Shown: positions 40,656-50,317 of the stretch, piece after piece
How positions within the stretch are numbered: position 1 is the stretch's first letter
Layout: each line of letters begins with the position of its first letter
Source of the DNA: Smithellaceae bacterium
GTDB lineage: Bacteria > Desulfobacterota > Syntrophia > Syntrophales > Smithellaceae
Length of the DNA stretch: 64,000 nucleotides
NCBI GenBank assembly: GCA_963667845.2
Contig: CAXXVL010000002.1
Location: 320,001 to 384,000 of the forward strand
Direction: 5' to 3'
Program-made: the position numbers and the translations under genes
Notes under the pieces: generated by a model
Seen by the model: the letters and a program-made list of their open reading frames with translations, nothing else
Told to the model about the DNA's origin: nothing
Databases searched by the model: none

Positions 40656-41119
40656 AAAAACCTCCGTTCATTGTTTTATTAGCGTTATCCTTTCTATTTC
40701 TGAAATTTGGATCTTGCTACCATGCTTCAATTTCGTTGTCAATATATAAGTATTTAATATTATTAAGAAAATATATATATTTTATTAATAGAAACTTTAT
40801 ATTTTCTTCAACTGTCACAAAATCAGCGTTATCCATCGTATGGATATTATTGATATTTAAAAATCATGCTTTCTGTAAAAATTTTTTCCGTTCACTCAAA
40901 TTCTTTTTTAATCAATAATGTTATTTCGCATAAACGCGAGACCAAACAAGTAAATTATCTCATATATTCAAATAGATGGACATATGCATATCACAGATGC
41001 GAACGGAAAAATATGATATTTCCACGTGATTTCAATCTGTTACGGAGGTGTGATTTTAGTATAGTGAAAAACGATTGATCAAGGATGCCTATGAAGATAA
41101 TTATTACACAAAACCCGTT

Positions 41120-41326
41120 TTATTTATGCGGGACTTTTTCCAATATCCGATCAACAATATCGTTCTCCAATGAGAACGGGTCAATTCCTACGCTCAAAAC
41201 TGTATGACAAAAGGGGCATAAATAAGAAAGACCGCGCCATCTAGGTTCAAACCCAACTTCTATTGACTCAAGGTTTATGTGGTCAAGAACTTTTTCGCAT
41301 TTAGGACATTTCCCTACATGCAGCAT
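41120..41326 (-). CDS. Small zinc-ribbon protein
   Basis: CPKC...CPFC; GGGGGG RBS-like run upstream. Confidence 0.65.
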   Translation of the reverse strand: MLHVGKCPKCEKVLDHINLESIEVGFEPRWRGLSYLCPFCHTVLSVGIDPFSLENDIVDRILEKVPHK

Positions 41327-41540
41327 ACTTACCCCCCTATGGATCTTTGGAATTTAGAAGATGTAAAAGGAGAGTATGCTTTTACTAAAATTATTCAATG
41401 AAAATTATTTTGAATCAAAATGAGTCACTACCAAATAGGGGAAAATTTTGCTTCCATAAGAATATTGGGAAAAAATTTATGGTCAGGACCCCTCCGTCTT
41501 AATCAAAACTTTTGCCTGAGATAAATCGAGGGGGGCCGAC

Positions 41541-41789
41541 CTACCTGATTATTCCTTTTCTATCTTTGTTCTCTGCTTTAAGCATTCGCTTATAATGATT
41601 CGGATCACCGTCCATCATTTTGTCAGAGGCATTCACCTTCTTTCTTTCAATCAACCGACTATAGGAGTTAACAAGCTTAGCCAGTGAGTCCAACTTGTCC
41701 GCACCTGACCCACATTTCTTTTCTTTGATGTCATCACATATCCGGTCAATTGCTGCTTCCAGATTCTTTATTACTTTCCTTGTCCTCAT
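41541..41789 (-). CDS. Hypothetical protein coupled to the resolvase
   Basis: ATGA overlap with the resolvase stop; 82 aa. Confidence 0.6.
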   Translation of the reverse strand: MRTRKVIKNLEAAIDRICDDIKEKKCGSGADKLDSLAKLVNSYSRLIERKKVNASDKMMDGDPNHYKRMLKAENKDRKGIIR

Positions 41790-42448
41790 GTTGCTTCTCC
41801 AAACTCTCTAACTTTTACATCAAGACCGTTTTTCAAAATCCAGTTATAAAGATTCACGATGGCAGTTCCATATTTCTTTGCCACCAACTTCTTAGGCACA
41901 CCAGTTCTAAGCAATGCAATGATTTCGTCCTTATTCGGATCAAGTTTGCTTTTTCCCGGTCCTTTCGGTCTTCCGAGTTTAACACCGGATTCTTTCCTGA
42001 CTCTCAATGCCTCTTTAGTTCTGGAGCTTATTAAGTCTCTTTCGATCTCGCTTGCCATCGCAAAGACCATCAACAATATTTTACTTTCAATAGTTCCATT
42101 AAGCGTCCAGCCATTCTTGATTGCGTGAATGTTGATTTCTTTCTTCTTTGCCTCGCTGATGATCTCCATGATTTCAAGCATAGACCGTCCTAGTCTGCTA
42201 AGTTCCGCGACAATGATCCAATCATCTTTGCTTAACCAGTCGATGACTTCTTTGACTCTCCGTCTTTTCCACGACACTTTCCCCGATACGATCTCTTCGA
42301 TGAAGTCGACATTCCCAAGCTTGTGATCGTTCGCATAGGTTAAAATATCAGCTTTGTTCTTATCGAGGTCCTGACTCATGGTGCTCACTCTGAGATAGCC
42401 GACAACTTTTTTCTGTATCGGCTGCTCCTTTCCCTGCTTTTTACTCAT
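41786..42448 (-). CDS. Small serine resolvase/invertase with C-terminal HTH
   Basis: YLRVST, ELSRLGRS, ERDLISSRTKEAL, LGRPKG. Confidence 0.93.
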   Translation of the reverse strand: MSKKQGKEQPIQKKVVGYLRVSTMSQDLDKNKADILTYANDHKLGNVDFIEEIVSGKVSWKRRRVKEVIDWLSKDDWIIVAELSRLGRSMLEIMEIISEAKKKEINIHAIKNGWTLNGTIESKILLMVFAMASEIERDLISSRTKEALRVRKESGVKLGRPKGPGKSKLDPNKDEIIALLRTGVPKKLVAKKYGTAIVNLYNWILKNGLDVKVREFGEAT

Positions 42449-42479
42449 GCTACACCTCCTGATTTCGTGAGTTCCGATT

Positions 42480-42610
42480 GAATTACATAGAAAACGTCAT
42501 AAACTGACTTTTTATGTAAAGCCGCATAAGCCATAAGTCAAGGATATTCCTTATGTTTTTACGTAAAGTTTAAACGTTCGTTTTTATATTATGACTTTAC
42601 TAGAAAACAA
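42480..42610. promoter_or_regulatory. Probable res site upstream of the resolvase
   Basis: Clustered imperfect palindromes (CATAAA...TTTATG, CATAAG...CTTATG, AAACGTTCGTTT). Confidence 0.45.
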
Positions 42611-42768
42611 ATATTTAAAGACAGGAGTTCTCTAAAGGTGAACGGCAGGATTTGTGTTAAGAATGTCCGCAGATTATTTAAAAAATATTCAAAAATATCG
42701 CTTGCCGGATTATACACGTCAAACGTCCGATTTCTGAGATTATACAAATCTTATTTTGACCTGAAAGA

Positions 42769-43179
42769 CTACCAACTAATAGAGCTTTCACCTAATGTGA
42801 TTTCGATGTAATACTTGTCAGAATTTCGATAAAATGTCTTTCTCCATGATTTGACTTCGCCTGAAAATAACACTTCCTGCTTAATCGTCAAATCTCTTAA
42901 AAATCCCGACCTACTTATCGTCTGAAGTAAAACATCATTGCCGCAATCAAGCGTGAGATAATATTCACTACCGCGTTCCGACGGAACAACTTCACGGATA
43001 TATGCATAACCTGATGCATTATGGTTTTTTACATATGAACTAAAATATCCATTGTATGTTGCAAAGGTTTCAGTAAGACCTTTTCTACCCTCTTCGCATA
43101 TATTTAAGGAATAAGCCGGACAAGCAATGCTGGAAAATAACAAAACCGTAAAAAATATTAAACTCGCCTTCACGTTCAT
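42769..43179 (-). CDS. Hypothetical exported protein
   Basis: Signal peptide; AGGGGG RBS. Confidence 0.6.
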   Translation of the reverse strand: MNVKASLIFFTVLLFSSIACPAYSLNICEEGRKGLTETFATYNGYFSSYVKNHNASGYAYIREVVPSERGSEYYLTLDCGNDVLLQTISRSGFLRDLTIKQEVLFSGEVKSWRKTFYRNSDKYYIEITLGESSISW

Positions 43180-43364
43180 TAAAATGTCCCCCCTTTGATC
43201 AATATTTGTTTGTACGGATGCATGTTGTATATCATTGTAATTAAAATATATATGGCCATATGTCAATTAAATTCAGCCGTAGTGTTTCTTTTACGTCGAT
43301 GCAAAGACTCTCTTTCCGAACGCATGGCATCCGAAAAGTAAGAGGTGCAAATCCGAATTAATTC

Positions 43365-43535
43365 ACCCCGATTTCTTTTTCATCGTTCATGAGGTCAATA
43401 GGAGGACCTTGCCCCAAATTACTGTGCCAACAGTCATCGTTAAAAACAGCTCTACCGCAGCTCCAATGATGAAAAGCATTATGACGTCGTATTTCGTGAA
43501 ATCGGTCGGCATAGGGCATTTTGCCGAGTTAAAAG
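43365..43535. repeat. Diverged ~170-bp direct repeat, copy 1
   Basis: Shares CGTTCATGAGGTCAAT, AAAAACAG.TCT.CCGCAGCTCCAAT and AGGGCATT.TGCCGAGTTAAAAG with 51500-51674. Confidence 0.8.
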
Positions 43536-43714
43536 GGGTGGACTTGAACAGGAAGAGGGGTGTTTTTTTGTTTACATATGTACTTTCAATTTATAAAGAA
43601 GAAATGAGTCGTTGTGGATATCGTTTTCACCTACAAACAAATGACTTTGAAAAGTCTTTATGTTGAGCATTACACAAAGAAATAGTGCATTCGACTTTCT
43701 TAATGCAAAAGCTT

Positions 43715-44641
43715 TTAATCAATCTTGGCAGGATAAAGCGCAGCCTTTAAAAAAGCCAATCCCGGATTGGCTATAGGTCCAGGCGGCAATCCGCGGATGA
43801 TAAATGTGTTGTATGGTGATTTTCTTTTCAAATGACTGCGTAGTATTCTCCCGTCAAAATTATCCAAATCATAAACAGCGGTCGGAGAGCTTTGCAGGGG
43901 AATTCTCTTTTTGAGCCTGTTGTGAAACGCAGCAGAGATAACGGTTTTTTTCGCATCATCATCTGACTCTTTTCCGATCATAGAGGCAAGAGTAACAAAC
44001 TGATGAGTGTTAAATCCAAGTTCTCCGGCTCTTGTAATCATTTCCGGTGTAACTTTACTCCAGAAACGATCCACCATTGTTCGCATGATTTGACGTGTAT
44101 TCATCGAGCGGGTGAATAAATATGTATCGGGGAAAAGATAGCCTTCTATGGAATCCGCCTCTATATTTAAAGATTGCAGGAAATCTTTATCTCTTGCCAG
44201 TTCAAAAAATTCTTTTTTATTGATTAGTTTAAATTCATCTAAGTGTGCGGCAATTTCCCGTATGGATAAATCCTCATGGATAGTGATGCGATAACCTCTC
44301 ACATCACCAAATGTCAGTTTGTCAATCATCGCTGAAGGGGTCATTGAAGTACTAAATTCATATTCACTGGCGCGAATGGAGCGCGTGGCTCCTTTCATTA
44401 TGACTAAGCCATAAAATAAAACAGGGTGCTTGACCAATCCCACCTGATTAAGCATTTTGACAACTTCTGATAATCTGGTGCCAACAGGGATATTAATCAG
44501 TACAGTTGTGTTTTTATCGTCGATGGCACTATTTGAATAATTTAACAGCAGCGCTGAAAAACCGATAACGACAATAGCAACACCTGCAACAATTACATAG
44601 AGTATTTTTTTAATCAATTTTTTTACTTTAATCTTGGACAT
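43715..44641 (-). CDS. mltG: MltG (YceG) endolytic transglycosylase homolog, C-terminally truncated
   Basis: EGYLFPDTY, LASMIGKES, NRLKKRIPLQSSPT, SPYNT..GLPPGPIANPG; stops at YPAKID before the usual YLYFV segment. Confidence 0.8.
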   Translation of the reverse strand: MSKIKVKKLIKKILYVIVAGVAIVVIGFSALLLNYSNSAIDDKNTTVLINIPVGTRLSEVVKMLNQVGLVKHPVLFYGLVIMKGATRSIRASEYEFSTSMTPSAMIDKLTFGDVRGYRITIHEDLSIREIAAHLDEFKLINKKEFFELARDKDFLQSLNIEADSIEGYLFPDTYLFTRSMNTRQIMRTMVDRFWSKVTPEMITRAGELGFNTHQFVTLASMIGKESDDDAKKTVISAAFHNRLKKRIPLQSSPTAVYDLDNFDGRILRSHLKRKSPYNTFIIRGLPPGPIANPGLAFLKAALYPAKID

Positions 44642-44957
44642 CTTGTTTTAAGCTTTTTGAAGAAAGCTAATGTCTGATGATCATAGATGTCAATAGTAAT
44701 TTATTTAGAAAGAACAGCCAGCCAAGCTGCTAAAGCACTTAGAATAGAGCTAATACAGGCAAAAACGGCAACCCATCATAAACGAGATTCTCTTATTGAT
44801 CTTTGTGCGTTTATTATTCGGCTTTGACGCTCCGGAATATCTGTCTTACCCGTTTCCGAATTTACTGTTCCATGTGTACTCACACCAATTTTCTGTGCTA
44901 ATTCACGTAATATTATTTCATCAGAGAAAATTCTATTCATAGACTTCCACCACCAAC

Positions 44958-46136
44958 TTATCTTCTGATCTTGTCTATTTTGCATGCCTCGACGAGCCCT
45001 AAATCACACGCCATCTTAATATCAGCCACCATTTGATTTAAATTACCTGTTGCAGAACATACAAACGCTCTCCCCATGTATGCTCTAGCATAATTTGGGT
45101 TTATAGATAACAGTAAGTTGTAATCATTGAGGGCTCTTTTATAATCTTTTCTTTCATAAAGTAAATAAGCGCGATTATTATATCCGTCTTCATATTGCGG
45201 GTTAAGTTCAATCGCCTTATCGAAATCATTTATTGCCTGATCGTAGTTACCAAGGCTCACATAGGTAAGCCCTCTGTTATAATAGGACGTTGCATTTTGC
45301 GGATTTAGTTCAATAGCTTTGTTATGATCATCGATCGCCTGCTTGAAATCACCAAGTATCTTATAGGCCGCTCCCCGATTGCTATATGCGTATGCATATT
45401 GTGGATCTAGTTCAATTGTCTTGTTAAAATCTTTAATAGCTTGATTGTGGTTGCCAAGGCTAGCATAGATATTCCCCCTGTTATTATAGGCTTCTACATA
45501 TTGCGGATTTACCTCTATGGCCTTACTATATGCATCAACGGCATCATTAGCATTGCCTGATATGCCTGCTGCGTAACCTCTTTCAAACCATTCAACGGCA
45601 TTGAGGTCTCTGATGGTTTTATTATAGGCCATTGTGTTTTTCTGTTTCTTTTTCCCTTTCAACATTGTCAGCTCTTGCCGCAATCGTTCATTTTCTTTCA
45701 AGAGTGAATCCGAACGCTTTCTTACCTCTGCCAGTTCCTTGGTCTTCACACGGTTTTTGCGGAGGGAATCAATGGATTTTATGACCCCTTCAGAATCTGC
45801 TGCTATCTTGGCTTTAATCCAGTAAGTGCGACCATCCCATGTTTCCTCGACAAGTTTAGTCTTTACGATACCTGCCGTGAGTGTGGTAATTTGATCTTTG
45901 GTGAGTTGAAAGTCTTGTACTTCTGTTTCACTTTCCAGATATGTTCCCAACTCCTCTAGAAGAAGTCTTTTTACTTCACGCAGAGCAACCGTGCGACTGG
46001 AGTTCTTGCTATCTTCATCACCAGCATGGAAGGTATATTCCTTAATGAAGGTTTTTGTTTCGGCAAGTGTAAAATCGGGAATAAATAAGACAAGCAGAAA
46101 AGAGACCAATGTAATTCGTGTAAGGGTTAATTTCAT
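44958..46136 (-). CDS. Exported tetratricopeptide repeat protein
   Basis: Repeated AY.NRG..Y..LG....AI.DF.KAIELNP. Confidence 0.92.
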   Translation of the reverse strand: MKLTLTRITLVSFLLVLFIPDFTLAETKTFIKEYTFHAGDEDSKNSSRTVALREVKRLLLEELGTYLESETEVQDFQLTKDQITTLTAGIVKTKLVEETWDGRTYWIKAKIAADSEGVIKSIDSLRKNRVKTKELAEVRKRSDSLLKENERLRQELTMLKGKKKQKNTMAYNKTIRDLNAVEWFERGYAAGISGNANDAVDAYSKAIEVNPQYVEAYNNRGNIYASLGNHNQAIKDFNKTIELDPQYAYAYSNRGAAYKILGDFKQAIDDHNKAIELNPQNATSYYNRGLTYVSLGNYDQAINDFDKAIELNPQYEDGYNNRAYLLYERKDYKRALNDYNLLLSINPNYARAYMGRAFVCSATGNLNQMVADIKMACDLGLVEACKIDKIRR

Positions 46137-46384
46137 TTCTTTGCACCCTGTTGAAAATTGATTATATTTTTATACATCACCCATGAACAAAGTACAAGAT
46201 CCGTTATATAATTGCGATTGAAATGTTGAATGGATGATCAAAACAGAAAAAGAAAATTTTCAAAGAAGGAAGTTTTATTGTCAATTGATTACACCATCCT
46301 GCGGCATAACTTTGCCCATTGCGAAAAATGCAAAAAGGCCGCACTCCTTATCTTTCCGGGAGAGCAGCTTTGATTAAAAAACCA

Positions 46385-46434
46385 GCAGTAGAATCGGCCC
46401 CTACTGTGAGTGGATTATGCACCGATTCAACTGC
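46385..46434. terminator. Long hairpin, possibly a bidirectional terminator
   Basis: GCAGTAGAATCGG...CCGATTCAACTGC flanked by A- and T-runs. Confidence 0.5.
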
Positions 46435-46564
46435 GGATTTTTTAGTCGCTTGATGAATTAGAAAATAATTACTGTAAACAGACGCCCCCAACTTCCCAAC
46501 TCCATAAATCAGCCGGAACATAGTGATAGCAAACGGCTAGACTGGATGATTGCATATGCCACCG

Positions 46565-46873
46565 TTACAGCTTCAAACAAACGCCGTGCATTTGACCCGA
46601 CGACTTCGCACACGTTGAACCGGGGCCACAGTCTGTATCGAAAGAGCATGTGTTTCCATATGTCTTGTTGACGTCCAATGGTGCTCGGACTGGTTGCCTA
46701 TCGTTACTGTTTCCCGGTAACATGCCTCCGGCGCAAACACCATAGATACTGCCACTTCCCTTAAGACATTTACTACCGGGTGCGCAGTCTGTATCGAAAG
46801 AGCAAGCAAACAATGACGGTGACGCAGTTACAGTAATAGTGATAGCAATGAACAGTGCGAGTGCAACTTTCAT
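46565..46873 (-). CDS. Small secreted Cys-rich protein with two internal repeats
   Basis: CSFDTDCAPGSKCLK...GVC and CSFDTDCGPGSTCAK...GVC; GGGAGGG RBS. Confidence 0.8.
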   Translation of the reverse strand: MKVALALFIAITITVTASPSLFACSFDTDCAPGSKCLKGSGSIYGVCAGGMLPGNSNDRQPVRAPLDVNKTYGNTCSFDTDCGPGSTCAKSSGQMHGVCLKL

Positions 46874-46938
46874 ATTTTCCCTCCCTATATATACCCAATA
46901 TTAAATATCTGAATTTCGCTTTTTCGGTTAGTTGAACA

Positions 46939-47328
46939 TCAGAATAGCACTATCGCTTTTTTAGTTCCTTCCATTTTGTACTGAACCAAACCGCAATGCT
47001 GGAGCATTGAACAGACATAGTTCCCTCTGGCAAGGTCTGAACCCGTTGCTTTACGAATCAATTCATCCGCACTTCCAGCTAAAGGTTTGTCATGCAAAGC
47101 CGCGACAAAAAGATAAAGGTTTGCATTCTCTTGAAAAGCCTTTTCAATTGTGTCAAGGCATTTTCTTTCAAGCGGTATCCGGTATTTTCCGCTATGAACA
47201 TAAATAATTGCTGTGTTTTTCTCCTCTATTTTGAAATTTCCTTTCCCTAAGCCTGCTAAGCCTCTACCGGGGGTATCCAAGACATCGCCCTTGTGGACTT
47301 TTTCTAAGATGATTTCCCACCAAGACAT
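46939..47328 (-). CDS. Hypothetical protein
   Basis: AGGAGG RBS; co-oriented with 47371..48081. Confidence 0.65.
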   Translation of the reverse strand: MSWWEIILEKVHKGDVLDTPGRGLAGLGKGNFKIEEKNTAIIYVHSGKYRIPLERKCLDTIEKAFQENANLYLFVAALHDKPLAGSADELIRKATGSDLARGNYVCSMLQHCGLVQYKMEGTKKAIVLF

Positions 47329-47370
47329 TTTGTTCTCCTCCTTTTGATTGAACTGCATTATTTTCTTTTT

Positions 47371-48081
47371 CTATCCCTTGTTACGCTGGTAATTCCAGAT
47401 TTCATGATCCAGCAGCCTCGGAGTAACATTCGGGTACTGAATTGTTATTGTCTCACAAGTGCTGGATAACAATATCTGGGCTTTTTGATCATTTGCCACT
47501 TTCCCGATAGCATCCTTTATAAATTTCTTAATCCATCTATCCGGCTTGATCAAAGATTCATCTCCCGCCAGCATAAAGAAATATTTGAGCGAGATGCCGC
47601 TTCGCTGTCCTGGAATTTGTCTTATGTCATTTTCAAACCCGGTATCACAAATGACTAAATGCATATCCTGTAAATAATTAACGTTGTATTGATAAAGTAT
47701 TTTTGCAAATTGCAGAACTGCATCAGACTTTAAAATGCCATTACGTGAAGACGTCCTCTGTCTGTTACGGAGTACAGTGTCAGTAAAGAATCCAATTCCT
47801 TCAGATTCCGTTTTTTCGATAAAGCGCGCTGTGGATTCTTGGCTTTCAATTAATGGAATGGCGTCCTTATTCGGTTTGATTCTCGTCAAGCCATAGTGGT
47901 TACAATATTTCATAACTGTATTTCTTGTTCCTTCATATTTTACCCCTATTGAATAGACAGAATCTATTACGCATAGCGGAAGGCTTTGATAAGAGTATTC
48001 ATCGCCCAGGACCGCGTTATTAATATCAAGAACTCGACTACAAAAATCTTTAAATTGAATTTTATCCATTTCTGTAATCAT
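47371..48081 (-). CDS. Hypothetical protein, HhH DNA-glycosylase-like
   Basis: LCVIDSVYSI, IRQIPGQRSG (HhH-like), LAG...IKPD, LDHEIW. Confidence 0.5.
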   Translation of the reverse strand: MITEMDKIQFKDFCSRVLDINNAVLGDEYSYQSLPLCVIDSVYSIGVKYEGTRNTVMKYCNHYGLTRIKPNKDAIPLIESQESTARFIEKTESEGIGFFTDTVLRNRQRTSSRNGILKSDAVLQFAKILYQYNVNYLQDMHLVICDTGFENDIRQIPGQRSGISLKYFFMLAGDESLIKPDRWIKKFIKDAIGKVANDQKAQILLSSTCETITIQYPNVTPRLLDHEIWNYQRNKG

Positions 48082-48090
48082 ATATGCATC

Positions 48091-48945
48091 CTAATTCAGC
48101 ATCTGATTATTGGGAACAAATCGCTTATCCAGACTATCGCGAAGACCTTCTATTTTAAGAACCTTGACACGTTTTTTAATGTAATCTGAAAAATTTGGAT
48201 CGCATGATTTTTCCAGAGTTACCTCTATGTCCTTTACTTTGGGGATACCGATAATTTTAAAACAACCAGGCTCTTTTGTCCTGTCCATATCCGTCCATTC
48301 TATTTTTGTGAATATATAATGACCGTTTTGGTACTTATAATATTTCATGAATTCGAGGCACCCTCCGCACCGTGTATAGGTGACAACTTGTTTGTTCTTG
48401 GCATCAACGGTCAATCCGGACTGATCTGTCAGGTGTTTATTCAAGACAAATTTATGAGTCTTTGGATCATATAGATAGGATGCATACCAGTCATTACCTG
48501 TTCCCTCTCTATTTATAAGAAAACGAAAGTCCAGATAGCCATCAAAATTCATATCGACTATTTGAATCATATCATCAGACTTGCCAATGGTATTCACCCA
48601 AAATGCATTGATCTTTTGAATAACTTTCCCAGTTGATTTATTTCTTATTTCAAACTCTTTCGGTGTGAAATATTCATATTCATTTTCTTTATTGATTTTA
48701 CCCCTGATTGTAATGACATATAGCGGCAGAGATTCGTGAACTTTCATCGTGAATGAGGCACATCCAATATTGTTCCCGAGATTCTGCCAAACCAAAATAG
48801 GTTGGCTAGACAAGTCTTCACTAGAGGCAACCGCATTTAAAATAAATGGTTGAAGGAGAAAAAGAATTGATAGAGCGGAGATCAAGATGAATTGTTTGAA
48901 ATATGGTGTTTGCTCATTTATTTTAAATACTTTCCTTGTTTTCAT
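48091..48945 (-). CDS. Exported protein with a DxNxDG (VCBS/FG-GAP-like) loop
   Basis: Signal peptide; DMNFDGYLDF...GN..Y..YLYDP. Confidence 0.7.
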   Translation of the reverse strand: MKTRKVFKINEQTPYFKQFILISALSILFLLQPFILNAVASSEDLSSQPILVWQNLGNNIGCASFTMKVHESLPLYVITIRGKINKENEYEYFTPKEFEIRNKSTGKVIQKINAFWVNTIGKSDDMIQIVDMNFDGYLDFRFLINREGTGNDWYASYLYDPKTHKFVLNKHLTDQSGLTVDAKNKQVVTYTRCGGCLEFMKYYKYQNGHYIFTKIEWTDMDRTKEPGCFKIIGIPKVKDIEVTLEKSCDPNFSDYIKKRVKVLKIEGLRDSLDKRFVPNNQMLN

Positions 48946-49423
48946 TTTACTTCCTCTAATATCAAACCGGAAAAAAAGTTCTCCTATAATGTATACGCAA
49001 ATATTCATCTATGCCACCGATACGATGCCCACAATGCCATAAACAAGTCTATTATACTTTGAATCTATTAATGCGAGTCGTGAAACCGACTTAAGGAAAC
49101 AATCTTGCTAAGTTGTTAATATTGTAACATGAATGAAAAATGAATCAAGTTCGAGTATCGTTTATATAATCATATAGTTACAATTAAACCAAATTTCTCA
49201 ATTGATTACCGGTAGTGAAAATCAATCTTTTCTCTCTTTGGCTATAACTTGAAAGGCAGTGGTTGTAGTATAGCATCTCTTGTTTGTTTTCGTCTGAAAT
49301 GTTGAATAGAAGGGAACAATTGGAAAAACAAGACTTCAGGAAGCTATACGTACTAAATTCTGCTTTTCTTATTGATGTTAATCAGTTGTACATTGCATGA
49401 GTTTTCATATTTTTGTTCTTTCG

Positions 49424-50317
49424 TCAAGGACTGTGTTGGCTACAAACCGTTCGCTGCATAATCACCTCCATAGCTTTAAAGTAATCCCGCTGTACTTTAA
49501 GATTTGATATACGACAATAACGTTGCGTGGTCTTAACGCTGCTGTGTCCTAAAAGATCCTGGATGGTGGAGAGGTCAGCATCGGCATTCAACATCTGTGT
49601 GGCCATTGTGTGCCGGAGATGATGACAGGATAATTTGATCTTCGCTTTGCGGGCATAACGTTCCATGCGCCTCTGAATGCCGCGAATGGAGATAGGCTGC
49701 CCTTTGGATTCTCCCTTTTCGGACAGAAAGATTTTTCTTGCCCTGGCTGCCGACCTTACTTTCAGGTAGCATGAAAGGGCTTGAAGAACATCATTGCTCA
49801 TGTAGACGATCCGGTCTTTTCCTCCCTTACCGTCCTCAACCAAGATAGTTCTACGTTTGACGTCTATAACACCCATGGTAAGGTTGGCTACTTCCTCCAC
49901 CCTTAATCCGCAACGCAGCATCAGCATGAACATCGCTTTATCACGGTAACCTTTTACAACTTTAAAAAAGTCTTCCACCTGTTCGTCCCTTAAATGCCGG
50001 GGTAGAGGACGAGACATCTTCTGGATGTGGCTTCTGCGGACAGGATTGATAATGGTTAATCCTTCTTCATCACGCAGGTAATGGTAAAACTGGCGAATAC
50101 AGTTTACATGGCAGTTTATGGTCTTGGGAGCCAGCCTTTTCCTCATCAGGTGATCAATGTAGTGCGAGATCGTTAAGTGTGTCGCCTCCTCCAATGGAAC
50201 ATCCACCCAGATGACAAAGTGCCTAATGATGTTCAGATAGTTTTTCACGGTATTGGGTGAGCAGTTTCTCCGTTTCAAAAACCGCCTCCAGTTCATGATC
50301 GTGTCGGTCATCATCAT
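49424..50317 (-). CDS. Tyrosine recombinase (XerC/D-like)
   Basis: CGLRVEE, GKGGKDR, HHLRH, LGH, TQRY; catalytic set intact. Confidence 0.93.
   Translation of the reverse strand: MMMTDTIMNWRRFLKRRNCSPNTVKNYLNIIRHFVIWVDVPLEEATHLTISHYIDHLMRKRLAPKTINCHVNCIRQFYHYLRDEEGLTIINPVRRSHIQKMSRPLPRHLRDEQVEDFFKVVKGYRDKAMFMLMLRCGLRVEEVANLTMGVIDVKRRTILVEDGKGGKDRIVYMSNDVLQALSCYLKVRSAARARKIFLSEKGESKGQPISIRGIQRRMERYARKAKIKLSCHHLRHTMATQMLNADADLSTIQDLLGHSSVKTTQRYCRISNLKVQRDYFKAMEVIMQRTVCSQHSP

Noticed and set aside
43409..43666. 85-aa plus-strand ORF, and 51635..51871
   Set aside because: Overlap the direct repeats, oppose the element's gene orientation and are not conserved between copies
44776..44985. 69-aa ORF after the TPR gene
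   Set aside because: May be a real small gene or fragment, but there is no motif support
44958..49008. Integron cassette array next to the tyrosine recombinases
   Set aside because: No convincing attC (RYYYAAC...GTTRRRY) between genes, and the recombinases lack an obvious IntI-specific insertion
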